64,000 nt of DNA. It comes from Hyphochytrium catenoides (Eukaryota > Protista > Hyphochytriomycota). Where the stretch lies: contig FLMG01003876.1 in the NCBI GenBank assembly GCA_900088475.1, forward strand, positions 1 to 64,000, read 5' to 3'. The notes beneath the pieces were generated by a model. It ran no database searches, had not been told where the DNA came from, and saw nothing but the letters and a program-made list of their open reading frames with translations. How positions within the stretch are numbered: position 1 is the first letter of the stretch; each line of letters opens with the position of its first letter. The position numbers and the translations under genes are program-made. Positions 11,194 through 24,514 of the stretch are shown here, piece by piece.

Positions 11194-13729
11194 TTAGTCC
11201 CAGGCGGATGCTCGATCTCCCACAGCGCCCCCGAAGGAGTCCTCTTCAGCAGTCAGTAAAGGGTTCTTGGGGTCGAAAGGCGCTGTAGAGTTCCGCTTTT
11301 TCCTCTTCTTGATCACCACCTTCACCACGCCTGATTGAGCTGGTCTCTGCAAAAGACATGTATAAGCGCCATGAAGGGAAGACAGACAAAGTGCAAGAGT
11401 TGTAATTGACTCACCTCCTCTGCAGCTTTTCGCTTGGTTCCTTTATTGTCGGCTACTGCTTTCTTCGACCCTTTCGCTTTAGCCTTCGGCTCTTCAGCGG
11501 GCTTGCCTGACTTGACGAGTGCTGCACCCAGAGGGAGAGTTTCAAGATCTAAATCCAGGTCGCTCAAGTTGTGGTCTCTGACATCGGATGGACCCTTTGA
11601 AACTGCTTGCTGGGCTGACTTCCCCTTCTTTGATTGGCCCGAGACCTTCTTTGACTTCAAGTTGAGACCGTTGGTGAGATTGCACACTGATACAAAGTCA
11701 GGAAAGTTGAAGCTGAGTCTCACCTGTTCCTCATTCGTATGCTTGATCCTCTCAGATTCCACTTGGGCGTCATTATCGGGTCTAGACTTCTGTGCTTCTT
11801 TTCCCCCGTTCCTTGGATTGGAAGAAGGGACTGCGGATGCAGTATTCTCGGAATCCCTTTTGGAGTTCTTGCTATCTCTTTGTTTCCCAAGCTTGTGCCC
11901 TTGACTGCTGTCGGCTACTTTAGCTGGTCTGGACTTCTCCTTTCGCTTGTCGTCCTCCTTGGAAACATCTCTCGGCTGCTGGTTATGTCCGGAGCCCCTT
12001 TCCTTGGGGTTGATCTTTCCCTGGGTTCTTGATTCCTTTCTCAAACTTTTGTCAACCGTTATTGAAGGGCTTCCTAGGTTCCTATCCTGCCTTCTCTTAA
12101 CATCTTTAGGCTTGAATGGCTCCTTCTTCCCTCTTTGTTCCCCTGGATAGAGCATTTAAAGTATAAGATGGCGTTTTCTTACTCTGGCAGGGAAGAAGAC
12201 ACTGCAAGCCTTACCTTCATTTGCCTTTTCCATTTGACCTTCCTCGTCAGATGCCTTTGATGCTTTAAAACTGTGACTGCGCTTTTCCATAACCCGGGTG
12301 CCATCTCTCACAATAAGCTTAGGGAAGAGCCTCTTCATCTTGAAGTTGTACTGCTTGTGCTTGGCATCAAGCCTGCGAGCCTCCTTGGAGTGCTTTTTCC
12401 CTCTCTTGTCACCGTCTGGAACGTCCTCCCCATCTGAGGTGATGGATTGCTCCCTCTTTGCCGCATCACCTTCTGCCGTGGCTCGTGATCCTTCGATGGA
12501 GACGCCGCAAATGGGGTTTCCTTTTAGTGAGAGCTGTCGCAGCTCTGGAAGCTCAGCCAGCTCTTCCACACCTTCCCAGTTGTCTATCAAATTATGGCCT
12601 ATTTCTAGAATTTTCAGCTTGGCTGCTCCGCAGCATAAAGGCAAAGAAAAAGCAAGGGATTAGTTTTTCAACAGTAAACACCAGCGGCCGCTAAAAGGAA
12701 CCTACTATTCTCCCTAAAAGCACCAGCAATTGTTTCAATCTTGTTATGGTTTAACCGGAGCTCTTGAAGATTTGGAAGCAAGTCCAGCGACGGTACCGCC
12801 TACAAGTTAGCCCGTTAGCGCCGCTAAGATATATAGTTGGAGTCACTGGCGCCCCATCTTTGCGATCGTACGAACCTCAAGTTCATTGTTGGACCTGAAT
12901 GCGGTTAGAATGGAGGCGCGAAGAGGACGGTTAATTCGAAGTCGGCTGGAAGAAGATCAGTCGAACTTACAAAGAGAGCTTTACAAGGGAAGGGAGCCTC
13001 TGCAACGCCTTTAGATCCAGTACTCCGATCTTATTGTGGGAGAGTACCAGCGTATTCAGCTCCTGTGAGCTGTGTATCAGTACAGATCACCAGTCCTCAG
13101 AAAAGATGCCCTTTGACTTCATACCTTCAGTTTAGGAATCCAGTCCATGCTATGGATTGCATTGTTATTCAGTATCAAGGCCTGGAAGGGGTCGAAGTCT
13201 TAGCAGCAGAGGTGGCAGTCATACCTCAAGATGAGTAGCGAACCTTGAGCCTGTGTAAGTCCTGCAACGTCTGGGAAGGGATCCGGGCAATTTTGTTATG
13301 GGACACGTTCAGTGTTACCAACTCTCGAGCAAATCTCACTTCTTGAAGGCCCTAGATATCGCGAGAGTAGGTCAGGAAGCCGTTTAGGTCGCCACAGTGT
13401 ACCCCTTTCCGTGTTGGTCCTACCTCCCCAGTGAGTTGGTTCTCTGCCAGGCTAAGCAAGGTGAGATGAGGGCAAGAGCGCACATCCTGAATCCTTGTTA
13501 GCTTGTTTCCGCTGAGGTCTAACTTCCGCAAATTTGGCAGGCGGCCAAAGGCAACAATGGTCTCAATGCCTCGTCCCTTCAGTGATATGTCTTTGGCCTC
13601 GGCCACAGCGAAACCGACTTCGTCTTTTAGCTTTTCTGCGGTGAGCTTCTTGATCTTCCGATGCTGTTGCTCCGAAGGACTAGTCCCAGCAACCCCGGCA
13701 CTTGCATCTGCCGAACGCCGGCGAACCAT
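11194..13729 (-). CDS. Leucine-rich repeat (SDS22-like) protein with Lys-rich low-complexity C-terminus
   Basis: LxxLxLxxNxI repeats (LRKLDLSGNKL, LNTLVLSHNKI, LQELRLNHNKI, LRQLSLKGNPI) span about 8 exons, including a 19-nt exon at 12894-12876. The terminal exon ends GVVVIKKRKKR...ASAWD* at 11194. Confidence 0.85.
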
Positions 13730-14696
13730 ATTGAAGGTGAAAGTTGGTTACTTTTCTAGCAGCTAATCTTGCTTTCACATTTGCAGCATTGGCAAATCCT
13801 ATCGCCAACCACTGATTCCTTGCAACTGAGCCTACTATCAAATATCCTTGTCCGAGGTTCGCATTACGCTTGTGATAGCTTGGCTCCTTGGTCCACCTTG
13901 GGCATCTGAGGACCCCCGATCAGCCTGGAAGTTCGCTGCACACTGCTGGGACATGGGAGCTCTCTAGAACTACCTCTGCTTAGCGATGCGATCAGAAGCC
14001 GCGCTTGTCATCTTATCAGGCGTTACCTGGCCGCGCAGGTTCGCATCCTCAGAACGGGCGCTCTTGGTCCATCAACCAGCACCTTCTCCCCCAACTAGTT
14101 CACGAAAGTAAATCCGACCGCAACCGAAATAAATGGGCAATGGGATAATCAACACGTCATCGGCTTGTATACAAAAATAGCCCGAGATTAGTGTGAGCAG
14201 GACCGAATAGATCACTTGTCACAATAGCGAAGGTGAAGAAGAATCGTAACTTATGATTCCTTGAATTGATCTAGCAGCGATAACTAATAGCAGGGGATTG
14301 TTCGTTACATCTCTGTCCATCTACAGTGAGAGGGTTGCTGGAGTGAGGAGGGCTTATATAATGATGTCTCAGTTTGCGATAATCCATCATGGATCTTGGC
14401 CCGCCCCGACCTCGGCTGCTCGGCCCTCGCCTCACTCATCAGCTTCTGCTTCGTGGCATGCTGCTAAACCTCAGCCTTAAAGCACCTGAGCGGGGCTCTC
14501 CCTTTCCATAACACTATTGTCATATCTGCCGTGTCCGGTCGGCCAATTCAATATACTGTCTCCTAGGGGTGGCGACCGACTCCTGTGTGGACCTCGGTGC
14601 AGCTAAGCCTGAGACCTCATTAAGCCATGTCAAGGTTTTGGGTTTGAATCTAGCCCAAGCCACTTTTAGCAAGTAAAGAGTCTATCAAGAGTAATC

Positions 14697-17600
14697 ATGC
14701 CGGCAGGAAAAGGAGAGAAAGCGCAGTCTCCGCAGGGTTCCCCGCCCCACAAGAAGGACAAGGAGGCTAGTAGCGCTGAAAAGGCTCCTGAAGCTCCAGC
14801 GGAACAACCAGCATCTAAACTGGACCCCAAGCAGGTGTTGAAGCTCCTGAAGGCAAAGGACAAAGAGGGCAAGCTGGAAGGGCTGGAGCAATGTGCTTCT
14901 GAGCTCTCAATTCTTCGAAATGGACCTATACTGGCCATTGTTATCGCGTTCATTGCCAAGCCAAAGGTAGAGACAGCACATAATCTGTAGTGGCGAATGG
15001 CTTCGTAGTAATCACACGTGATGTTGGGATGCATTCTACTTTCTTCTTAGGCGGTCGACACGATGCTCCCAGCCTTAAAGCTTATTCTTAGCTTTTTGAC
15101 GAGCCAGGGGACACCATACCAAGGAGTCAAACCATCAGGTAAAGTCGGGTTCTTTCTCGAAAACTCTCAGCAGCTTTCCCAGTAATCTATCTTACTCCTG
15201 ACGTTGCCCTGCTAACTCTATTACGACCCAGCCCATGCTCTGTTAGACCTTGATGCAATGAAAACCGACAAGGAGAAAGAAGCGCTCCGCACCTTCCCCC
15301 AGACGGTGTTGGGGTTGCTCAACAATAAGGATAAGGATGTCCAAGCAATGGCGATTAAGTGCTTTGAAGAGGCGATGGCCTACGTCGCCACTCTTCCTCC
15401 ATCAGATCTCTCTTACAGTCTTTCTATATTCTTGGGTTCCGAAGGCTCCAACCTGCTCCTGATAGCAAAGAAACTCGAGGATAAGAAACCTCAGGGAGAC
15501 GGTCTGGTGTGCTCCCTGATCCATTGCTTGGCGATGTTGCTGCAAAACAAAGAGCCTGATGCCCTGCCAAGCTCCACCTCTCTAGCGACTGAAAGGCTTA
15601 TCTCCTGCTTGTGGACTCACAGCTCCAAAGAGAATATTCCTGAGGCTAAACCTCACGCACTATCAGCCCTTGCTTGCCTTCTGCAGAATGGCGGCCCTCC
15701 TGTCCTGGAGTTGTTCTTAAAGGTGGTTGAGCTCTCGCATATACGCAAGTTCGTTGGGGACGAGTTGAGCGCTATGAAGGCTTTGTCTACAGCACATAGC
15801 CCTGATGTCACACATGCTAAGGAAAAGAAGTCGTCGCAGTTGACAGTAGACACAGACAAGATACCAAAGGTTGTCGAGCGGGCAGTGTCTATGCGACCTC
15901 TCTGTCTTATCCTCTTCAAACTCTGTCAACACTTAAACAATACGTCACAGACCGAGGAAGTGAAAGAGGATATCCGTTCACTACTGCTCGATTTCTATTT
16001 GGCACTATTCTCCTCTAGCGATTTATTGGCCTCAGAAGAGCTGGCACTTACGCTCTGCAAGACTTTGACAACTATCTGTGAAGCGGATGCCAGCTTCAGG
16101 CTCGCTCTCTGTGAGAAGAACCTGCTAGGAAGCCTTCTTACTGCCCTAACAGCCTCTTCTCTTCGTGAAGCTAATTCAGTCAAGTATGCTCTAGATAAAC
16201 TCGTGCACCACCTGCTGCCGGACGCTGGAGAACAGGTCAGAGTCTAAAGTGTGATTGTTTCACGGTTATCTCAGTGGTCTGACGCTCGTGGATTATCTGC
16301 CCCAGCAGGTTGACGAAGCCATCACCCTTCCCAGAGCGCAAGGTGATCCTCATCCCTAGCTGGTCATTTTAGCTACGTTATGACTCCTTCCGCTCCTCCC
16401 ATCGGTCCTGTCAGGTGCTCGAGCGTTCATTGAGGTGCCTGCCATTCTAGCAATGACGAAGGATTCGCAGGAATTTGACCTCTTGCTCTGTGGTATGAGC
16501 CTCTCTCTCTTTTAGCATCGGCTTATGAGAGTAACTAAACGCCCTATTCTGTAGTGCGACTAGTTGCGGTGCTCTCACAGCGCCAGAAAGACGCAGAGGC
16601 GATGGCCTTTGCTCTCTACCAGCCCTTAGTGTCGAGGCTTGAGCAGCAAGTAGCAGCACTGGCTCATCGGACAAGCTCAGAGTCACTAGAGGGGGAGCCT
16701 CTTAGAGCCATTTCCATCGCATTTGCTATTGTCAGAGGCATCACAAACTTGGCAAGGTTTGCATCAAAGATAGTGCAGGTAAGGAGCTTAAACCACTGAG
16801 TTACCACAAGCCCCTAATGCAGACCAAGCTAACGGACTGGAGTGACAGGAGAGCCGTCAAGACACCAGAGTTGCGGTGAATTCCTTGATTGGTCTTTTGC
16901 GGTGGTTGAGCCCCAATAACGGCACGGGCTCAGTGGCATCTCTACCGCTAGACCCACGCCGTTGCTCCTGGCAAGATAAGCAAGATCTGAAGGAGACGGT
17001 GAATATGGAAGTGGAGATTGCTGCGGCACTCGTCACCATAGCAGAAAGCTGCTCTAATCTTAGCCAAGGAACCGAAGGCCAGGAGGTGCAAGTCAAGGAC
17101 GACGGGGCCAGTGCTCTACGTGAGCGCACTGGGGACCTATTGGCACTGCTTGCCGAGTCCAAGCAGCCATCAGTGCGCCTGCTGTTCATGAAGATCATCC
17201 CTCCTGTCTACGGTACTATCGACGGCAAGCTCGCACTAGCTCAGGCTGCCCCGGTACCTAAGCCGGAGGCTGGAGGGCTTGCAACCACTGCTGAGCAGCA
17301 GAGACGCTACTTCGGAACCAACTTGGAATCGGACTCAGCGCAGCTCTACCTTTGCCTTCTCCGTCCCATTTTGTCAGTGTTGGAATCCTCTTCCAGCCAG
17401 GAGGATATTCTCATATCAGTTCGTGCTCTGTTTGCCCTCTGCCACGACTTGGCTCCGGACGGATCACCTCCAGAAACATCCCCCAGTCAATATGCCAACT
17501 TCTTTGCTGGTTATGCCATGAGGCTAGGAGCGTTAGTCCATCTGATCAGCCTGCTTGCCAGCAGCGGTGAATTGCTGGGAACGGCAGAGACCAAGGATGA

Positions 17601-20013
17601 GATGGAGAAGGCCATGGATCTATTAGCTCACAATTTAATAGCCCGCGGGGAGACGATGCAAATTGCAATGAAGAAAACATTGGAGGCGTATGCTCAGAGC
17701 CCGCCAGAGCCGATACCAGCTAAGGGAAAGGACGTTAGCAAGCCGAATGCCGCACGACCAAATTCTGCAGCCAAACCAAGTAGTGGGGGTCCTAAAGGCA
17801 AGGATAAAGAAAAAGATAAGAAGGAGTCACACGCAACAGATAACCTCAACGCCGGGTTGCCGTATGACAGCTCTGCCGTTTCGCCCGCAGACGTTGTCAC
17901 TGTGAAAAAGGAGTGGGAGGATCTTCTCAACAACAGAGTAGACAACAAGCGCTACGACTTCGGGGGCTGCACAGCACTCATTGCAGCCATCAGTGGCGGC
18001 CTGACAGAGATCGTATACTCCCTCCTCCGTTCAGAGGCGGATCCGAACATCACAGATGATGAAGGGAACAGCCCATTAATGCATGCGCTTAGCAATGGAA
18101 TGATTGAGGTCATCGGGGCGTTGGTCTCCACTGGAGCACTTGTGGACCACGCTAACAATCACGGGGATACTGTCCTGAAGTTTGCACTGGCGACGCCCAC
18201 AGTCACGATTTTGAAAGAGCTGGAGGCCAAGCGCCAAGAGGAAAGGCCACAGGAGATCCATGAAGTTGGACCGCTTGCCCTCTCTCTGTTACTTGAAGAA
18301 GACGCAGATCCTGAGATATCAGACAATGAGGGTAACTTCCTTATACATCTCCTGCTCCTAGGGGCGCAGGTGCAGGGCCGGGTCCGCCTGTCCCGCCTTA
18401 GGCTATGCTATAGCTCGAGAGATGCACAAAACGCCGAACAAGTTGCCTTCTACCTGCAGGAAATCTTGAAGCGTAAACCAGACATCAATGTTTGCAACCT
18501 TCAGGGTCAGACAGCCCTCCATATCGCTATTAGAAAGGGACATCTGGCCGCCGCCAGGATCCTTTTGGAAGCGGGCTGCAACCCTAATGTACGGGACCAG
18601 AATGGGCTCCTACCTCTGCATTACGCCTCGGCGGGTGCATGCCCGGACAGCGTCTCCTTGATCAAGGAACTGTTGCGGGTCGGTGTGAGATGGCCTATTA
18701 TTGATGGTGCGCATGTGGACAAGCATAAAGGAAGAAGTGCAGCATACAAGCAGCGGCTGGCCGTGACTGAGATATTAGATTTTGGGCTTGCCAGTTTGCT
18801 AAGCCCCGCGGTGGTTGTCCAGCCAGCGGCCACATTGGAAGACTTGACGACATCTCAAGGAAAGGATGGAAAAGACCTCTTCCTTTCGGCTGGGGGGGCT
18901 TTGGACGATCAGCTTCAATTTTACCTCCAGTCTGATGCAGCCGTGGACTCGCTAATGCCAAATGAGCGGAGCAAAGTTCTCGCTTTCCTACTCAACGAGC
19001 TCAAATTGCAGCCAACCAAGAGGATGGCAGATGGCCGTAACATATTGCACGTAGCGTGTATGATGGCTGGCCCACGAGCGGTGGACGTATCTCTCATGTC
19101 TACGATTGCGAAGGCTTGGCCCTCTCTACTGACACAAACTGTTGATGGAAGAAAGGACCTGAGCTTGGACAGAAGGCTACTGCTTACCCCTCTCCACATT
19201 GCACTCAGACAGGGCGAGGCAACCTTCCTCACTCTAGTAGGAGAGAACTTCTCAGCGCTTCTCCTAGATACATTCCCAAGCCTACTGCACGAGGCAATTG
19301 GGGTTGAAGTATCAAGAGCGACCCTACATGCCCTGGCAACTCCTGAGGCTATATCTAAGGCTGCCGAGGTGGCAGAAATGTCAGTGGAAGCGTACTCTGG
19401 ATATCTGATGACACGAGCAGCATGGCTTCGGAAAGCAGAGCACCTGGAGTCCTTTCTTGACTTACGTATCTTTTCAGTTGATGCTCGGCATCCGGTCAAC
19501 GGGCAGACAGCGTTGCACGTCACTTGTGAGAGTCGGGAAGAAGGGCTTACAAGCCTTCTTCTAGACAGAGGAGCACGAATAGACATAGAAGACCAGGATG
19601 GGATGACGCCTCTGAAGCTTGCTTTTGACTTAGGTTTTCAGAACTTTTTCCGGCTGCTGCTTGAGAGGAAGAAAGACCTCCCACTAGACACTATATCTAT
19701 GGTGGTAAGGGAAGCAGAGCAACGGAGTATCAGTTTGGGACAACGACAGAAAGATGAGCCAATGACTGAACAGCTTGCCCTCGAGGGTCCTGAGGCCATT
19801 ATGCGGTTGGTCCTTAAACTTGCTGAAGATCTTCCGGTCCAGCATGTGCATCCATGTTTTGCGGCTGGCCTCACTTATAGCGAGCACCTCAAACGTGAGG
19901 AGAGTGGGTCTGCAACTGGTTTGCTGGAGGGAAAGGACCCCTGCTTAGTCCCCGTAGATGCACTTCGAGCGCCAGAGAGTCCAGCAGGAGCGCTAGGCAC
20001 TGCCGGCCAATAA
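14697..20013 (+). CDS. ARM/HEAT-like helical repeat plus ankyrin-repeat protein
   Basis: About 7 exons joined by GT-AG introns, the last about 3.1 kb. Ankyrin motifs GCTALIAAISGG, GNSPLMHAL, GQTALHIAIRKGH, GLLPLHYA, GQTALHVTC, GMTPLKLA. Leu-rich helical N-terminal half. Confidence 0.8.
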
Positions 20014-20181
20014 CCGGCTCTGGAAGGGCACGTAAACATTGAATAACTAATCTATCTATGCGAGGCTCGACCTCATTTTCTGAAGATGTGCTCGGTAATT
20101 GCTTCCCGTGCCCATAGCTTAGAAGTTACGCCTTTTCACTGACCCCTGCGACAATTGCAGTCTAAAGAGTCACGCATTAGG

Positions 20182-23100
20182 TCACTCCTGAAGGTTTTTC
20201 TCGATCATTCGAGCTAGCTCCACCACCTCATGGGGATACCCCGAGAGCTCGGCGACGTGGATTCCAAAGCTTTTATCAGTAGGACCCGGCGCAAGTTGGT
20301 AGAGTAACGTGAAAGTGGAGGCACCAGTCTCTGCTGCCATGTGAAAGTTCTTTATGCCAGGATGTGTACTCTCCATAGTAGTGAGCTCATGGAAGTGTGT
20401 AGCGATGAAGCAGAAGCATCCGAGATCTTTGTAGATGCTCTCAGTGATGGCGAAGGCCAGTCCAAAGCCGTCATGTGAAGAGGTTCCCCGTCCAAACTCA
20501 TCTATAAGAACGAGGGAAGAGGGTGAGGCGTTCTTAAGAATGGCAGCAATGTCGAGCATCTCAGCCATGAAGGTAGAAATCCCTTTAAACTGATAGTCTT
20601 GAGCCCCGAAGCGTGTAAAGAGACAGTCAAAGATTGGAAGCTCCGCCACTGTACAGGGAACGAAGCTACCGATCTGAGCCATCACCGCGAGAAGCCCTAC
20701 GGTGCGCAGAATGGTGCTCTTCCCACCCTACAGGGAAGTTCAATGGTCAGTTGCTGTTCTGGTTTCCGGGCTCTCTCCAATTCCCTTTCTGGAGTTCTCC
20801 CCTATCACTCTCTCTCTCTCTCTTCTCTTAAACAAGCTACTAAAGCAGGTGTAAGGACTAAAGACTTGGCTCCCATACCATGTTTGGCCCTGTAATGATC
20901 GCTATCCTTGAGTCATCCGTAGAGCAACTAACCGAGTTGGGGATGAAGTGCACCCCGTCCTGTCCTTCAATGCACGGATGACGAGCCAGTTGAAGTTCAA
21001 TTCTCCTCTCTTTTTTCTTGACTGAGGAGGACAGTTGGGGACAGCAATAACCCTGCACTGCCGCAACTTGTGCAAGGGATGAAAAGGTATCGAGGTCGGC
21101 TACGATCGAGGCAGCCTCTTGAAGCGCCTTGGCGTACGTTTGGACCACCTGGAGGCACTTTTGAGTCAGCTTATGTTGAAGCTGAGTGTACTCTTCCACT
21201 GTAGAGCGGTAAGCATGACTCAAGTCTCGCAGAGTCGCCGTAGTAAACAAGGTGCCCGCCTTCTGTATTGAGAGAACTATCAGAGTGTTCCTCTTCTTCC
21301 GCAAAAGAGCCTCATCCTTTTTGGTCAGGCGTAGGTGATAGCCGTATGTTTGATGATTCTCGAGCCGAATGCGATCACTTTCCAGCCCAAGAAGTGTGGT
21401 CACTTCTTCTTTCTCCTTCTCTATCCTTTCCTTCAAGGACAGACGCTTGGTATGTAGAAGAGCAAGAGGATGATAAAAAGTTGGCTTGATAAGGCATAAC
21501 CGGTCCTTGGTATAGCTCTCCAGGTCCACAGCTTCTTGGACCATGGCGTAGAAGCCCTGTAGCTCCTTAGATATCTGCTCCGTCTTTTCCAAGAGTCGAA
21601 CGATAGGACTTGTTCCATCCTCCCCTCCTGCTATGTCGACTGATGTCGCCGATACCGCTTGGCCGAAGGCAACAGTGAGATCAGGAATGCGTATCAATGC
21701 AACGTAGAGTTGAATGACGTCACGTAGGCTCCCCATTCCCTTGCGGATCTTCCACCGCAGTCGATCCACATCAACTAAAGACCTGAGGAACTGGTCTCGA
21801 ATGTAATCTCGTAGTAATGGGCTTTCAACGAAGAACGCTACCACTCGTTGTCGTTCCAAAATGGACGCTAGCGAAGTAAGAGGAAGCTTCATCCACTGCG
21901 GAAAGCAAGGGAAAAGAACATCGAGCGGGAGGTAAGCCAAGATTTGCTAAGGGTCATCCGTAGCGCAGCGTTTCTATGTATGGTCTAGTACCTTAAGCAG
22001 CCGACGAGAACCCATAGGAGTCTTGCATCTGTTCAGCAGCGAGAATAGTGAAATATCTCTACCCGCACCTATGCCAGAGGGGGAATTCTCATGATGAGAG
22101 GATAGATGGTGGCAGTGACGGCTGTGGCAAAGAGACAGCCAGATTACCTCTTTTAGGGCCCGGGAAGATGTTCAGCGACGTGGATGCTGCTTGGTCATAC
22201 CTAACATTAACATTATAGCGTTCGGGTGCGGTCACAGAGGGCAGGAAAGATGAACAGTACTAGCAGAGTTAAAGACCTCATATAGCCTTGCAATGAAAGC
22301 TCTATCAACTCATAGCTGCCCTGGGCCGATGGATTGTCCAGCAAGTCCAAATAGGACAGCAGAGCGGACACTGCAGAGGAGAGAAGACGGGAGCCTCGAA
22401 GTTTCTCGACGGCCAATTTCGTGTCTGATAGCAGCGCCTCGTCTTGGACAGCTAGACAATGTTAGGGCAAAAAGGGGATGAGTGATACAAGGACAAGCAC
22501 AGGCGATATATGAGATCTGATTACCATGGAAAGTCCTGCCAAACAAGAGCATGTCCAGAGGATCACCCGCACCCTGGGGTGAGAAGTCCTTCCTTTTTCT
22601 AGACACGCTAACTATACCACTAGAGTCCATGAGCTCTTTAAGCCTTTGATAGAGGTTGGGTTGATGCTCTAATTGCAAAGGAGAAGAAAGACGTCAACGG
22701 TTGCTTAGCGAAAGGCGTTTCTCCAGCTGTATGAGCGATAGGGTTGGACAGACAAAGAAGGAAAAGCAAGAAGACTGCGCGATAGAGTAAAGAGGCTCTT
22801 CTCAAAGGAGGAACAGTCCGCGAGAGGGATAGGAAGAGCCGGCTACGGCCGCAGGGGTGGAAGCCATCATGGTCTGGCCACGGCGGTGGGAGGTGTTGGC
22901 CTCACCGCTGCACAAGACGCATTCTTTCACGTTAAATTGGTTTAGTGCGCTCCTAAGAAACCCAAAATCTTCCTGGTCTTCAAACTCCATGAAGCCCAGC
23001 GTCTGCTCTACTGTGTGCGCTGCCACCAGCGACAAGCGTAGACTGGTCTCCTTCTCTACCGCCATCAGACTGGCAACAGTGCCATAGGCCGACAAAGCAG

Positions 23101-23921
23101 AAGGGACATTATCCCGCCCTTGATCGCTAAGTATAAGGTGGAAGTCCTAGATGGCGCGAAGCCAACTGAGAGGTGGAAGCCACAGAAGAGGATGACAAAG
23201 CTCCACTCACCGCCACATTGCCGGGTGACCCTCGTAACTTCCGCCGCCAGATAGAGCCCTCAAGTTCCCAGGTCTATTGTGGCCAAGAGAAGGAACGCGT
23301 CATTCTAACTTCAAGCAACGGGAGAAGGAAGGTTACGGAATGCGCAGAGTCGAGAAAAGCTGGGATGAGCAGAAAACCAGAGAATCGGAACTATGGGAAC
23401 CAAGAGCCAAAGAAGAGGAGACTTGAGAAGAGCTACCGTCAAGCCGACCAAGATAAAGATCGTGGAAGATGAGAGAAAGAGTGTGTCAGAGACTTGATCT
23501 TCAGTCTCAAAAGCTTAAAGAAGCGACTCAGGCCATTACCTCGACGCAATAGCCCCGAGCAAGAAGCAAGTCCTTTACTATTGTTCTGAACAACGCCTCG
23601 CTGAGAGTGACACTGCGTGAGGCCACCACGTCAGTTTAGCAGCAGCGGTATGCAAAGTCTAGAGACTGCGGTTTGCAGGGCTTACCATCTGACGGTGTCA
23701 CCCTTGGACAATGATACTTCCTTCAGGGCGGCCTTGGACTCGTAATACTGACGAGCGATAAGCTCTGCGTCCTCCTCATACACGCAGTAGTACAAGGACG
23801 TGAGATCATTCTTGCGCTTGAAGAAGCGGATGAGCCGTGCGCTGTCAAAATCTGCAGCTTTCTCTTGACAGAAAGCTGCAAGCTCCGCCTCTGCTACCTG
23901 CCCTCTCATCCCAGCTGGCAT
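20182..23921 (-). CDS. MSH2: DNA mismatch repair protein MutS homolog 2
   Basis: Spliced motifs GSPGNV, SLLNRCKTPMGSR, ARHPCIE, ITGPNM|GGKST (Walker A), MAQIGSFVP, STFMAEM, IDEFGRGTS, ATHFHEL, SFGIHVAEL. About 9 exons, all GT-AG. Start codon approximate. Confidence 0.93.
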
Positions 23922-24514
23922 CACGCTTGTCAAAGCCTCCCACAGCGGAGGCCAGACTAGCGCAGGTGGCTACAAGCCAACATATTCCTGGATAGGCGAC
24001 AGCACTGAAGCCCTGATAGCTGCCAAGTGGGTCTTTCAGAGGCAAAGAGGCTATAAGCACTGTCCAAGGACCTCTCCTCAGCGCTCAGCGTCCGGCAGAC
24101 TGACAGACGGCATTAGCGTAGGAGGAGGAAGTCGAAGAGCAACTCCCTCCGCATCTGCACCTTTGACCACATTCTGATGGCGCTTCTGTCTCTCAAAGAT
24201 AAGCCGCAGGTAGATAAACGTATTAGTCAATATGCTATACGGTACCTGATCATCTTCCGCCTTCGATCTTTTCTTGATGGCTTTTCATCGCTCGAGGCGG
24301 CGAGGAAGAAGATCGGTGAGCGTCATCAAGCCAGAGCAAGCGGCTTAGTAAGCGGAATGATCTGGCTCTTGACACTCATAGAACACTGACATGGAGACCG
24401 CCACACATCGTCCAGAGTCGTTGAGCCTTCGCGCAGGAGGTCTATCGGAGCTGACATGAGAAGGCTTTGTACAGATCTGTGTGGCTTCATCGGTGGCGCT
24501 GAATATAAGCTGCC

